Below, piece by piece: positions 1 through 10,796 of a DNA stretch of 46,001 nucleotides. The stretch lies in UHGV virus genome UHGV-0199506; one strand, written 5' to 3'. Made by a program: the position numbers and the translations under genes. The stretch comes from a virus. The notes under the pieces were generated by a model, which did not search any database, had not been told where the DNA came from, and saw nothing but the letters and a program-made list of their open reading frames with translations. The stretch's first letter is position 1, and every line of letters begins with the position of its first letter.

Positions 1-10
1 ATCCAGTTCA

Positions 11-34
11 GGCCACCTTGCGGTGGCTTTTTTT
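11..34 (+). terminator. Rho-independent terminator (GCCACC-TTGC-GGTGGC + T7) upstream of J; presumably ends the upstream tail gene (I-like) of prophage A
   Basis: Perfect 6-bp GC-rich stem, 4-nt loop, then TTTTTTT, read directly from the sequence. Confidence 0.6.
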
Positions 35-45
35 ATGGGCGTAAT

Positions 46-3000
46 ATGGCAAATAACATCATTAAAGGGCGCAAGGGTGGCGGCTCAAAGCAGCGTACAC
101 CGACGGAACAGCCGGATGATTTACAGTCCGTTGCGAAAGCCAAAATTCTGCTCGCATTAGGTGAGGGTGAATTTGCAGGTGGTTTAACCGGTAAAGATAT
201 TTATCTTGATGGCACCCCGCTTGAAAATGCTGATGGTTCGCAAAACTTCAGTGGCGTGTCCTGGGAATTTCGCCCCGGCACGCAGGCTCAGACTTATATT
301 CAGGGTATTCCCGGTACTGAAAATGAAATCAGTGTGGGATTGGAAGTTTCCAGCAAGACAGCCTGGACCCATACCTTTACTAATACCCAGCTTTCTGCCG
401 TTCGTTTTCGTCTGAAATGGCCGTCCCTGATGAAACAGGAAGATGACGGCGACGTGGTGGGCAATACCGTCAGGTATGCGATTGACCTGCAGACCGACGG
501 CGGCGCCTGGCAGACGGTGCTGGAAACCGCTGTCTCGGGTAAAACCACCACCGGTTATGAGCGGAGCCATCGTATTGATCTGCCCCAGGCCTGCAGTACT
601 TGGACGCTACGTCTGCGTAAAATCTCTCCGGATGCAAACAGTGTCAAAACTGGCGACGTGATGACGCTGCAGAGCTATACCGAAGTGATTGACGCGAAGC
701 TGCGTTATCCCAACACCGCACTGCTTTATATCGAGTTCGACTCCAGCCAGTTTAATGGCTCCATTCCGCAAATTTCCTGTGAGCCGCGTGGGCGCGTAAT
801 CCGGGTGCCGGATAACTACAATCCGGAAACCCGCGAATATACCGGCGTCTGGACCGGCGGGTTTAAATGGGCCTGGACGGATAACCCGGCCTGGATCTAT
901 TACGACATTGTTATCGCTGACCGTTTTGGTCTCGGTAATCGTCTGAGCAGCGCCAATATTTCGAAATGGACGTTGTACCAGATTGCACAGTACTGCGATC
1001 AGCTGGTTCCTGACGGGCGCGGTGGTGACGGCATGGAGCCGCGCTATACCTGTAACGTCTATGTCCAGGAACGCAACGATGCTTACACCGTGCTGCGAGA
1101 TTTTGCCGCCATCTTCCGGGGCATGACCTGCTGGAACGGTGAGCAGATTGTTGTGCTGGCTGATATGCCGCGTGATGTCGATTTTACTTATACGCGCGCC
1201 AATATTGTCGGCAAACCCCGTTATTCGAGCAGCAGCAGCCAGGTTCGGTACACCAACGCCCTGGTTTCCTGGTCTGATCCGGATAATGCTTATGCTGATG
1301 CGATGGAGCCTGCGTTTATCCCTGAACTGGTTTCCCGCTACAGTTTTAACCAGCTCGAAATGACCGCGATTGGCTGTACGCGCCAGAGCGAAGCCCACCG
1401 TAAGGGACTGTGGGGCATACTGACCAACAATAAGGACCGCATGGTCGAAATTGATGTGGGGCTGGACGGTCGCATTCCTCAACCCGGTTATATCATTGCC
1501 CTGGCGGATGAGTTGCTGGCCGGACGGGTCAACGGCGGGCGAATCAGCGCGGTGAATGGCCGGGTGATTACGCTGGATCGTGATGTGGATGCCAAACCTG
1601 GCGACCGCCTCCAGCTAAACCTGCCATCAGGGATCTCACAGAGCCGGACCATTCAGGCTGTTAATGGACGCCGACAGATTACGGTCACAACGGCGTACAG
1701 TGAGACGCCGGAACGGGAATGCGTCTGGGCCATTGAATCCGATGACCTCTTCCTGCAGCAGTACCGGGTTACAGGGGTAAAAGAGAACAACGATGCCACC
1801 CTCACGATCACCGGCGTGGCACATGACCCGGATAAATTCGCCCGCATCGATACCGGCGCTAATATCGACCAACGCCCGGTTAGCGTATTGCCGGCGGGCA
1901 ACCAGTCACCTCCTGACGATATTGTCATCACATCCCGCTCGGTCGTGAATCAGGGGATCAGCGTCGAAACGATGCAGGTTAACTGGTCAGCGGTCAGCGG
2001 TGCTATTGCCTACGAGGCGCAGTGGCGCCGTAACGACGGGAACTGGATTAATGTGCCGCGCAGCTCGACCACCTCGTTTGAGGTCAGCGGCATCTATGCC
2101 GGTCGTTACCTGATTCGCGTCCGCGCGATCAATGCGGCGGAGATTTCGAGCGGGTGGGCGTATTCCGAAGAGAAAACCCTGACCGGCAAGGTCGGCGAGC
2201 CGCTGGCACCGCTGGCGCTGGCAACCCGTTCGCTGGTTCATGGGGTCCAGGTTAGCTGGGAGTTCCCGACCGGCTCCGGGGATACGCTGCGCACGGAACT
2301 GCAGTACAGCAAAAATCAGGACGGCAGTGCGCCGATGCCGTTATCAGACGTGGCCTATCCGGGGAAAAGCTATCAGCAGATGGGCCTCAGTATGGGCGCA
2401 GAATTCTGGTATCGGGCGCGCCTTGTTGATCGTCTGGGCAATGAAAGCCCGTGGACCGGCTGGGTCCAGGGGATGGCCAGCGATAACTTTGATGACTACT
2501 ACGAAAACCTGACTGACGCGATCAAGGATACGGCTGCCTGGGAGGAAACGCAGCGTACCATTAGCGAAACGCAGGAAGGTATCCGCAATACGCAGCAGGA
2601 ACTGGAGCAGACCGCTGAAGAGCTGCGTCAGGAAGCCGCAGATCAGGCGAAGCAGGTCAGCCAGAATATTGATGCATCGGCGAAAAGCATCACTGCTGAT
2701 GTGAATCAGCAGATAGCAGTTTTGAGCAAGTCGCTTGCCGACGGCGATGCCGCATTGAATGCGCAGATTAAAACTGCCGAGAATGGCCTGAAGCAGTCGT
2801 TGTCTCAGGTCAACACCACGTTAACCAATGCGGTTAAGCAGGAAACTGCGGATCGTATCGCAGATATTAACGCGAAGGCGGCACAGGCTGCTGATGAACT
2901 GCTGGCGGCAACGCAGGGGATTGAGGCGAGTATCGAGAGCCTGACTCAGGTAATGAAGAGTGCCGATGAAAATCTGGCGCGGGAAATGTCCAGCCTCGCT

Positions 3001-6000
3001 GCCGGCGCCAATATCCAGTTCGATTCGCAGGTTATCTGGCATTTCAACAGTCAGACGACCGAGGGCTGGACCGGCAGCGCCGGCGTACCGGGTGTGTCCC
3101 GGGATGGCTGGTTACGCCCTGCGGACAGCGCCACCGATCCGTACATTACCTCTCCCGGCGGTCTGGCTGTCGATGGTGCAGCGTACCGCTTCATCATGCT
3201 GCGCTTTCGTAAAACCGGCAAACCAGTCTGGGCGGGTGAGATCCGTTGGGTGTCTGCCGGCGAAAACTTTAATAACACGAAGCGATACATTGTTGCTGAG
3301 CCGGAATATGCCGATGGGGTGGCAACCCTGACGGTGCGTGATATTCCGTGGACAGGGAACATTGATCGTATTCGCCTGGACCTGACGAACCAGCAGGATG
3401 CCAGCAACTTTATCGAATTCGACTGGATCGCCGTTGGCCGGCCAGCACCCGGCGCCAGTACGGCGGCTCTGCAGGATGTGCGCAGTACGCTGAGTAACGC
3501 GCTGACCTCCGAAGCACAGGCACGCAGCACGCTGGCGGCGCAGATGCGTGGCTCCTATGATGGCAGCGATCTGGAGAAAGTCACCTCCGGGCTGCTATAC
3601 CAGGAAAAAACGGCGCGCGTTACCGCCATCCAGGCGGAAGTTAAGGCCAGAGAGTCCCTTCAGACGCAGTTTAACGACAACAAAGCTGCTGTTTCTGGTG
3701 AACTGAGTTCTCTGACGACAGAGCAGCGCGCGCAGGCGAGCCGTATCGGTGGTCTGGAAACCAGCCTCGGGAAAAAAGCCGATGCGACCGCGCTGACGTC
3801 CCTGACGCAGAAAGTTGAGCAACAGGGCGCCACGCTGACATCGCAGGGCGCCGCGTTAACATCACTCACTAACCGGGTGGGCCAGACGGAAACGGGCCTG
3901 GCTGGTACGCATGAGGCGCTGAGCGGGCTGCAGTCTGTTGTTACCCGTCAGGGCGACAGGATAACCAGCCAGGGTCAGTCCATCACAAAACTGACGAGCG
4001 ATTTGGGCACGACAAATTCCGCGCTGGTGAAGAAAGCCGAAGCGGCTGCGGTCACTGCCTTAACGCAGCAGGTGGAGCAAAACGGGCGGGATATTCGCAG
4101 CAATACTGACAGTATCACCCGCCTGTCGAATCAGCTGGTCAATGGCCAGCCGAATAGCTGGTCCCGTCGGATCTATCCTGTGCAGCTGGCTAACGCCGTG
4201 ACAGTCCCGTCATTCAGCGATATTCGCGCCGTGGCGCCAGTGGTCGTGGATGAGGTGGCCGACGCGACCAGACTGGACTTTACGTCCGCTGGGAGCTATC
4301 TGATCGCGCTGTATTCCTGCCAGGTGAAAGTGGCGGCCGATACCACCATCACAATGACGCCCGGTAACAGGGTTTTTGATGATACCGGTGCTGTATTTGT
4401 AAATGGCGTTCAGGTTGCCTGGGGAAACGCCAGCTGGACTACCGTCAGTTTTGATCTGAAAGCCGGCTGGAACACAGTTGAGTTTCTGGTGAATCAGTGG
4501 GCTGGCCAGGCGTATATCAACCTGGGACTGAAGCTGTCAGACAAGGTTGCTGAGATGTACTCCGGTCTCGGTGTTTCCGCGCTGGCAAACGCAGCCGGCG
4601 TACTCAGCTCGAATGTCAGCCAGATTGGCAACGATGTGGTCAGCAATTCGCAGAGCATCACCCAGCTCCGGAATGCGCTGACGCAGACAGACGCGAATGT
4701 GGCCAGCAAAGCGGATCAGACGGCGATGAACTCCCTAACCGGACGAGTGGAGAAGACGGAGTCCGGTCTGACGGCGGCGAACAGCAACATTACGTCGCTC
4801 AGCAGCTCTCTGAGCCAGCAATCCAAACGCGGCGCTAATCTGCTTCCTGATGGCACTTTTGAAAGTTACGCGGTTGGTCACAATCTGGCGAATAACCGTG
4901 CCATCGTGACCACTGACGACTCGCATGGCGGCAATAAATGCATTCGTGTGACGCGTCCGAATGACTACAATGCCAATGCAACTGACAACACTGACACCCA
5001 CATTTTCAGCGGATTCCAGGTTCGCGATAACGCAGTCTTCTATATGGAATGCTGGGTTAAGCTGGATTCCAGGAGTACCGCTATGGCCGGGAACGTGCAG
5101 ATTTCCGTCGGCTTATCGCTCCAGTATCAGGACAACTCCTGGCAGTGGCCGGCAGTTACCAAAGCGGCAAAGGATCTCTCTTCAACTCAATGGACGAAGG
5201 TTTCTGGTTACCTGAAATCAACGAAGAGCGGTATTAAGCAGGCAATGGTCAGGATTTCTATTCCTAACGTTAGCAGCGTTAAGGCGGGTAACTCATTCCT
5301 CATTGATGACCTGGTCATTACCGAAGTGACTGATGCCTACAATGCGCAAAGTACAGCAGATGCTAACGCTAATGCGATTTCGACACTGAACTCGACCGTA
5401 TCCCAACAGAGCGGCCAGATCACCAGTCAGGGTAACAGCATCACTAAACTGATAAATGACCTGGCGACGACTAATAATAACGTCAGCAATAAAGCAGACG
5501 CTAATGCTCTGACGGCACTGACCAACCGTGTTACCCAGACCGAAAAAGACATTAACTCAACGAGTTCTTCTGTCACGAATCTGAACAACAAGGTTGATGC
5601 AATTTCTGTCGGGGGTACAAACCTGATCAAGAACTCCGGCGATATGACCGGCTGGTCGAACGTTGTCAGCGATACGTATCGTGGTAACGCGGTAATTAGC
5701 GCAACTGTAAAAGCCGGCGCCGGTTACAGGGATTTGCGGGAAATCACGCTTGAGTCGCCGGTCGATGCAGGGGAGTACGTTTACAGCTTCTATGCGAAAG
5801 GCGGCGTTGCTGGCCAGACGATGACGGCGTTCTTCTACAATCCGAACACCACAACGTCTATCGAGACCAGCCAGGGTGCGAAAGGTAACAACACTGATGG
5901 TCGTGCGCAGTTCACGCTGACCACTTCATGGGCCCGTTATTGGGTTAAGTGGAAACAGACACCTACCACGGGCACGAAGCGCCTGATTCTGTGCCGTATC

Positions 6001-8862
6001 GAGAGCAATACCTCCAAAGACCAGACGGTGTACATCAACAGTCCGAAGTTTGAGGTAGGTAACGTTGTTTCCGACTGGAACGAGTCTCCGTCTGATAGCG
6101 CCAGTGCGTCGGCTGTGGATTCGCTGACAACGAAAGTGAATCAGCAAGGCACTTCCATTAGCTCTATCGGAAATCGCACTACATCGTTGGAAAACAGGTT
6201 ATCGACAGCTCAGAACAACATTGCCAAGAAGGCTGATGCTTCTGCATTGCAGGATCTCCGGAACACGGTGACATCTCAGGGGGGCGATTTAACCGCGGCG
6301 AACAGTAGCATTACCAGCCTGCAGGCCTCGATGAACCGTCGCACTGTGTTTACTGTCACTGCACGGGGGAATGGCAACAGCGTAACTCCTGGGGTTTTTG
6401 ATGAAAGCGGCAAAAACCTGTTTACCCCTGGTCGCAGCTGGGCACTGGTCACTTTTGCAAAACACAGCAACGGATCAACGGTGATTGCGACATCCAAAAC
6501 ATACGATGTCTTTGGCCGCGCGAATAATGGCGCCACGATGTCGGCTGATATCGAGGCGTTGGCCAGTGGCACTTACGTTTGCGTCCTGACATTCGATGAG
6601 CCATCTGGCAACCGAGGTAAGATATTGTCTGCTCTGGAATCTCTTGGTGGTACATCCGAAGTCGTCAACTCCCTGCCGTATCGTGGTGCCTATATTCTCC
6701 TTGGCCGCAAAGGCATGAGGCCGGGCGATGGTCTGGAACTGCGTGCGCCAACCGGTGGTGACGCCACTGCCCACATTTCGACCTCAGTCGAGTTTGTGAA
6801 CGGGGTAATGATGGGACTGGGCGCCGCCGGCGGTGTGATGATGAAGGCTGATGCGAACGCGTCGGCAATTACCACGCTCCAGAACACAGTGAAGGCCCAG
6901 GGGGGTAATATTGACTCCCTGAGTTCCTCGGTAACGGCGCTGGAGAACAGCCTCAGGTCGACAAACGATACGGTGAGTAAAAAGGCCGACACGTCCGCGG
7001 TGAGTTCACTGACCGGTCGCGTAAGCCAGGTGGAAAACACCATCACCAGCCAGTCGCAGAGCATCACGTCGCTGACCAGCACCATCAATACCATCCGCAC
7101 TCAGGGAGCTAATCCGTGGGTTGACGGTACGTTCGAAAGCTACGGAGATGGTCATGTGCTGGGCGGGAGAGGCACCGCCGTTGTGGTGGAGTCGCAGAAA
7201 TTCACCGGCAATAAGAGCCTGCAGGTGAGCCGGGGGGCGAACAATAACGGCAACAGCGATAAACAGCTTGGGAGCTGGCAGTCAGTCCGTGAGGATGCGA
7301 AGTTCCGGTTTGAGTTCTGGGCCATGATGCCGTCGGATCAGAAACCCTCCTCCGGGTGGACAACGCTGGTCGGTATCAACTCACTGAATGCTGCTGGTCA
7401 AAACTCCTGGCAGTCGGCGGTCACTGTCAGCGAAGCCGCTCTTGGTGCGCGTGATAAGTGGGTGAAATTTACGGGTATTGCCAGTAACAACGGGGGTGGC
7501 AGAACACGCGCGGTGGTCTGGATCTCCACCCGTGGCGCCTCCGGCAGCGGCACCCCCGGTTATTCGCTGTATATCGACGATCTGGTTATCACGGATGTTA
7601 CCGATGCGAAAGCGGCACAGGATGCCTCTGACGCGACGGCGAGTGCCGTAAGCGGTCTGACGGCTCGCGTAACGGATGCCGAAGGGAAAATCACTGCCCA
7701 GGCGCAGCAGCAGACGGCACTGGCCACGAAAGTGGATAACGCCAACTCCCGCGTCGATAACATGGCGAAGACGCTGAGCGACAGCCAGAGCACACAGGCC
7801 AGCCTGAATACCTCGCTTCAGTCGCAGATTGACGCCCAGGCGGCCGCCAACATCAAAAACCAGACGACGCTGGACAACACGATTAAATCGGTGGCCAGTA
7901 TCACCAGTACCCAGCAGACGCATGCAACGGCACTGGAGGCGCTGGCAACGCAGCAGACGACCCTGACATCCAGTGTCGGGGATCTCAGCGCTTCCGTTCA
8001 GAACACCGCTAAAACCGTGGCGGATGTGAATGGTACGGTGAGTTCGCTGTGGTCGATGAAGGTTGAGACGGTTAACGGGAAGAATGTTGGCGCGGGGATT
8101 ACGCTGGGCAGCAATGGTCAAACGAGCGACATGATCCTCTACGCCGACCGCTTCTCGCTGTTTAACCGTAACAATGCGACGGCAGTGCCGGTGATGATTG
8201 CCGAAGGCAATGAACTGTATATCGATACGGCACGTATCAAAAACAGTTCCCTGACCTCAACCAAAATCGCGGACGGTTCCATCACGAACGCGAAGATCGG
8301 CAACGAGATCCGCTCGAATAACTTTGTTGACGGGTCGCAAGGCTGGCGTATCGCCAAGGATGGCTCTTCGCAGTTCAATAACGTGATCGTTCGTGGCAGG
8401 GTCGAAGCGAATAGCGGCGTGTTCCGTGGCACTGTCCAGGCGGATGCGTTCATCGGTGACATTGCGGTGGCAAAAGGTTACGACAGCCTGACCTTCCGCC
8501 GCAACCAGACGGTACAGCGGAACGGTGCGTATCAGAATAGGGGGTATAGCATGACAGTGGTTCTGGCCTGCACCCTGGTGTGCCAGACCTATGGGACGGG
8601 CAGTGGCCTGGGGTATACCTCTGATATTACGTTCAACATTGGTGGGCAGGAGGTAACCCGCCGTATCTTCGTCGATGCCGGTAATATCACAGCTGGCACC
8701 ACGGCCTTTGAATTGCGGTTTGCCGCGCGCCTGAATGCTGACTACAACAATGTCGGCTTCTTTATCAAGGCTACAGGTCGAAATGCCGCGATTGATTACA
8801 CCTGCACAGTCGAGAACATCACCGCAACCGCCTTCCGAACGGACAGCAGTTCATTTAGCTAA
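46..8862 (+). CDS. J: Giant host-specificity / central tail fibre protein (lambda J-like), 2938 aa
   Basis: N-terminal ~900 aa is collinear with the lambda gpJ family, including an FN3-like segment. The C-terminal 2000 aa consists of repeated Ala/Thr/Ser/Gln-rich coiled-coil-like units (e.g. ALTSLT.RV.QTE..L) alternating with two laminin-G/CBM-like modules ('DGTFESY...'). It ends in a J-like distal region. Confidence 0.9.
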   Translation: MANNIIKGRKGGGSKQRTPTEQPDDLQSVAKAKILLALGEGEFAGGLTGKDIYLDGTPLENADGSQNFSGVSWEFRPGTQAQTYIQGIPGTENEISVGLEVSSKTAWTHTFTNTQLSAVRFRLKWPSLMKQEDDGDVVGNTVRYAIDLQTDGGAWQTVLETAVSGKTTTGYERSHRIDLPQACSTWTLRLRKISPDANSVKTGDVMTLQSYTEVIDAKLRYPNTALLYIEFDSSQFNGSIPQISCEPRGRVIRVPDNYNPETREYTGVWTGGFKWAWTDNPAWIYYDIVIADRFGLGNRLSSANISKWTLYQIAQYCDQLVPDGRGGDGMEPRYTCNVYVQERNDAYTVLRDFAAIFRGMTCWNGEQIVVLADMPRDVDFTYTRANIVGKPRYSSSSSQVRYTNALVSWSDPDNAYADAMEPAFIPELVSRYSFNQLEMTAIGCTRQSEAHRKGLWGILTNNKDRMVEIDVGLDGRIPQPGYIIALADELLAGRVNGGRISAVNGRVITLDRDVDAKPGDRLQLNLPSGISQSRTIQAVNGRRQITVTTAYSETPERECVWAIESDDLFLQQYRVTGVKENNDATLTITGVAHDPDKFARIDTGANIDQRPVSVLPAGNQSPPDDIVITSRSVVNQGISVETMQVNWSAVSGAIAYEAQWRRNDGNWINVPRSSTTSFEVSGIYAGRYLIRVRAINAAEISSGWAYSEEKTLTGKVGEPLAPLALATRSLVHGVQVSWEFPTGSGDTLRTELQYSKNQDGSAPMPLSDVAYPGKSYQQMGLSMGAEFWYRARLVDRLGNESPWTGWVQGMASDNFDDYYENLTDAIKDTAAWEETQRTISETQEGIRNTQQELEQTAEELRQEAADQAKQVSQNIDASAKSITADVNQQIAVLSKSLADGDAALNAQIKTAENGLKQSLSQVNTTLTNAVKQETADRIADINAKAAQAADELLAATQGIEASIESLTQVMKSADENLAREMSSLAAGANIQFDSQVIWHFNSQTTEGWTGSAGVPGVSRDGWLRPADSATDPYITSPGGLAVDGAAYRFIMLRFRKTGKPVWAGEIRWVSAGENFNNTKRYIVAEPEYADGVATLTVRDIPWTGNIDRIRLDLTNQQDASNFIEFDWIAVGRPAPGASTAALQDVRSTLSNALTSEAQARSTLAAQMRGSYDGSDLEKVTSGLLYQEKTARVTAIQAEVKARESLQTQFNDNKAAVSGELSSLTTEQRAQASRIGGLETSLGKKADATALTSLTQKVEQQGATLTSQGAALTSLTNRVGQTETGLAGTHEALSGLQSVVTRQGDRITSQGQSITKLTSDLGTTNSALVKKAEAAAVTALTQQVEQNGRDIRSNTDSITRLSNQLVNGQPNSWSRRIYPVQLANAVTVPSFSDIRAVAPVVVDEVADATRLDFTSAGSYLIALYSCQVKVAADTTITMTPGNRVFDDTGAVFVNGVQVAWGNASWTTVSFDLKAGWNTVEFLVNQWAGQAYINLGLKLSDKVAEMYSGLGVSALANAAGVLSSNVSQIGNDVVSNSQSITQLRNALTQTDANVASKADQTAMNSLTGRVEKTESGLTAANSNITSLSSSLSQQSKRGANLLPDGTFESYAVGHNLANNRAIVTTDDSHGGNKCIRVTRPNDYNANATDNTDTHIFSGFQVRDNAVFYMECWVKLDSRSTAMAGNVQISVGLSLQYQDNSWQWPAVTKAAKDLSSTQWTKVSGYLKSTKSGIKQAMVRISIPNVSSVKAGNSFLIDDLVITEVTDAYNAQSTADANANAISTLNSTVSQQSGQITSQGNSITKLINDLATTNNNVSNKADANALTALTNRVTQTEKDINSTSSSVTNLNNKVDAISVGGTNLIKNSGDMTGWSNVVSDTYRGNAVISATVKAGAGYRDLREITLESPVDAGEYVYSFYAKGGVAGQTMTAFFYNPNTTTSIETSQGAKGNNTDGRAQFTLTTSWARYWVKWKQTPTTGTKRLILCRIESNTSKDQTVYINSPKFEVGNVVSDWNESPSDSASASAVDSLTTKVNQQGTSISSIGNRTTSLENRLSTAQNNIAKKADASALQDLRNTVTSQGGDLTAANSSITSLQASMNRRTVFTVTARGNGNSVTPGVFDESGKNLFTPGRSWALVTFAKHSNGSTVIATSKTYDVFGRANNGATMSADIEALASGTYVCVLTFDEPSGNRGKILSALESLGGTSEVVNSLPYRGAYILLGRKGMRPGDGLELRAPTGGDATAHISTSVEFVNGVMMGLGAAGGVMMKADANASAITTLQNTVKAQGGNIDSLSSSVTALENSLRSTNDTVSKKADTSAVSSLTGRVSQVENTITSQSQSITSLTSTINTIRTQGANPWVDGTFESYGDGHVLGGRGTAVVVESQKFTGNKSLQVSRGANNNGNSDKQLGSWQSVREDAKFRFEFWAMMPSDQKPSSGWTTLVGINSLNAAGQNSWQSAVTVSEAALGARDKWVKFTGIASNNGGGRTRAVVWISTRGASGSGTPGYSLYIDDLVITDVTDAKAAQDASDATASAVSGLTARVTDAEGKITAQAQQQTALATKVDNANSRVDNMAKTLSDSQSTQASLNTSLQSQIDAQAAANIKNQTTLDNTIKSVASITSTQQTHATALEALATQQTTLTSSVGDLSASVQNTAKTVADVNGTVSSLWSMKVETVNGKNVGAGITLGSNGQTSDMILYADRFSLFNRNNATAVPVMIAEGNELYIDTARIKNSSLTSTKIADGSITNAKIGNEIRSNNFVDGSQGWRIAKDGSSQFNNVIVRGRVEANSGVFRGTVQADAFIGDIAVAKGYDSLTFRRNQTVQRNGAYQNRGYSMTVVLACTLVCQTYGTGSGLGYTSDITFNIGGQEVTRRIFVDAGNITAGTTAFELRFAARLNADYNNVGFFIKATGRNAAIDYTCTVENITATAFRTDSSSFS

Positions 8863-8866
8863 CAGA

Positions 8867-8892
8867 GGCCCCGCCAGGGGCCTTTTCTTTTT
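8867..8892 (+). terminator. Rho-independent terminator after J (GGCCCC-GCCA-GGGGCC + TTTTCTTTTT)
   Basis: Hairpin plus T-run 5 nt after the J stop codon. Confidence 0.7.
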
Positions 8893-8923
8893 CCAGGGAA
8901 AACCATCCAGGAGCAACTTTATT

Positions 8924-10420
8924 ATGGCGATGTATGAAGTCGGCACCGTCACGGGTGCAGCGTCGCAAGCACGGGTGACAGGTGCGACAACAAAATGGTC
9001 ACAGGTGGCGCTGGGGATACTGCCCGGGTCGATTCTGGTGGTCTACCGCAGCGGTAGTGCTGACCTGTATGCGATCAAATCTGTGGACAGCGACACGCAA
9101 CTGACGCTGACCCGGAATATCACCACCGCATTTTCCGGTGCCTCTTACGGCATTATTACAGCTGAAACCGCCAGCACCTCGTCGTTTGCTAACCAGCTGG
9201 CCAGCGCGTTTGCATTCTGGCGTAGTGTAGTGGAGGGCTGGTCGATGGCCCTGACCGGCAGCGGCAATATTACCCTGACTGACCCGATCACAGGAAAGCA
9301 GGTGACCGTGCCGGCGATAGCCGGGATGGCGAAAGCATCGGATCTTAACGCGCTGGCAAAACTCACCGGAGGAAACAACCTCGCCGGCTCGCAAATTATA
9401 ACTAGCGATAATTCCGGTTTTATTTTGGGCAGGAACTCAGATCTGGCTCTGCTTAAAAAACAAGGGCAAGGCGGGACAATTGCCGTCGGCTCGGGAACAC
9501 CGTTCAGGGTTCAGCGTTCAAGAGCGACCACTGTATCACCGTCAGAAACCTATGATGACATCCTCGTTATTGGCACCAATAACCAGACGACGTTGCCCGG
9601 AGATTTGGTTGTCGGTGGTGGTTTCGATAATACGGCAAAGGGCAAGCTGTATTCCCAGGCGTTAGAGCTGTCGATGGGCACTCCGTACATCGATTTTCAC
9701 CATAACAAAAGTGCTAACGACTACACCGCACGCCTCATCACCACCTCTGCAGACCAGCTGAGTGTGCAGGGAAGCCATCTACGGGTAGACAGAGACCTGC
9801 GGGTGGGGCAAGCGGCCGACATCGGCAGTTGGATACAGTGTCGCTATGACTGTGTGTCGCAGCGGAGCGACTTCGGTTCCCCTGCCATTGGCTCGTTAGT
9901 TTCCGGGGGCAGAGTTCGGTCCCGCATATCAGGGCGCGGAGGAAACGGGGACACATCAGGAGCGTGGGGGGGATTCTACCTTGAGGAGTACGTAGGCACT
10001 GAGCACCGGATCGTTCTGTACATGGATGGGTTCGGCAGGACGGACGCGTGGACCTTCCGCTCTGGCGGTGCCGTCTCCACCCCGAAGGGGGATGTCATGA
10101 CCACCGGCTCAGACGTGCGGCTGAAAGAGGATTTTACGGAATCCCAGGAAGGGGCCTCCAGGCGTATTAACGCGCTGGGGATATGTGAGTTCAACATGAA
10201 AGGCGAAACACGCCGTAGGCGTGGATTTATTGCTCAACAAGCTGAAAAAGTTGACCCGATTTACACCTTTCAAAGCGGCGATGTAGAAATTGATGGCGAG
10301 AAGATCAATATCCTTAACGTAGACCATACGGCCATCATCGCGGATCTTGTTCTTACGGTGCAGGAGTTAACAAAACAAGTGCGTGATTTGAACAAGCAGG
10401 TTCAAACAAAAGAGTACTGA
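8924..10420 (+). CDS. Tail fibre protein with C-terminal intramolecular chaperone auto-processing domain (peptidase S74-like)
   Basis: Start at MAMYEVG, with AGGAG 12 nt upstream. The ORF-track start at 8735 overlaps the J 3' end and has no RBS. The C-terminus '...DVRLKEDFTESQEGASRRINALGICEFNMKGE...IDGEKINILNVDHTAIIADLVLTVQEL' is the characteristic endosialidase-chaperone (S74) tail-fibre/tailspike self-cleaving domain. Confidence 0.8.
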   Translation: MAMYEVGTVTGAASQARVTGATTKWSQVALGILPGSILVVYRSGSADLYAIKSVDSDTQLTLTRNITTAFSGASYGIITAETASTSSFANQLASAFAFWRSVVEGWSMALTGSGNITLTDPITGKQVTVPAIAGMAKASDLNALAKLTGGNNLAGSQIITSDNSGFILGRNSDLALLKKQGQGGTIAVGSGTPFRVQRSRATTVSPSETYDDILVIGTNNQTTLPGDLVVGGGFDNTAKGKLYSQALELSMGTPYIDFHHNKSANDYTARLITTSADQLSVQGSHLRVDRDLRVGQAADIGSWIQCRYDCVSQRSDFGSPAIGSLVSGGRVRSRISGRGGNGDTSGAWGGFYLEEYVGTEHRIVLYMDGFGRTDAWTFRSGGAVSTPKGDVMTTGSDVRLKEDFTESQEGASRRINALGICEFNMKGETRRRRGFIAQQAEKVDPIYTFQSGDVEIDGEKINILNVDHTAIIADLVLTVQELTKQVRDLNKQVQTKEY

Positions 10421-10552
10421 TTGAGAGAAAATAGGTTATCAAAACTCGGATAATTTATCATGTAATCAGCATGTTAGAATTAACATAAAAATGGTTCTAG
10501 ACAAGTGTTCAGAAACATATTTTTTCAAAAAATCAAAGGATTAAGAGTAATG

Positions 10553-10726
10553 CAGAGAACTACTGCTGCGCCACATGCAGTGGTTCGAAGCCGCAGACCT
10601 GATTGTCAAAGGCATGGAAGGCGCTATCGCTGCCAAGACCGTGACCTATGACTTCGAACGTCTGATGGAAGGCGCTAAACTGCTGAAATGTAGCGAGTTT
10701 GGCGACGCGATTATCGCGAACATGTA
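10553..10726 (+). pseudogene. icd: 3' fragment of icd (isocitrate dehydrogenase), last ~57 codons; attachment-site remnant / replacement segment of an icd-integrating prophage
   Basis: Translation [56 protein letters not shown] matches the E. coli Icd C-terminus (..[56 protein letters not shown]). Homology begins abruptly at ~10553, with a stop codon in frame just upstream. e14-family phages are known to integrate in the icd 3' end and carry a substitute 3' end. Confidence 0.8.
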
Positions 10727-10751
10727 ATCTGGCCCCCAGATTATGTCAGAA

Positions 10752-10778
10752 CGGGAACCTGGTGGTTCCCGTTTTTAT
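10752..10778 (+). terminator. icd rho-independent terminator (CGGGAACC-TGGT-GGTTCCCG + TTTTT)
   Basis: Perfect 8-bp stem plus T-run 25 nt after the icd stop. Confidence 0.75.
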
Positions 10779-10796
10779 TATTAGTTTTCGAACGGT

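Noticed and set aside
607-1482. 291-aa ORF on the minus strand inside the J gene, and a similar one at 7381..8121
   Set aside because: Fully antisense to a strongly supported, lambda-J-homologous coding region. Composition is typical of the reverse frame of a GC-rich gene, and neither has an RBS.
8735-8923. 5' extension of the tail-fibre ORF (MLTTTMSASL...)
   Set aside because: It overlaps the J 3' end and terminator and has no RBS. The MAMYEVG start at 8924 has AGGAG upstream and lies after the terminator.
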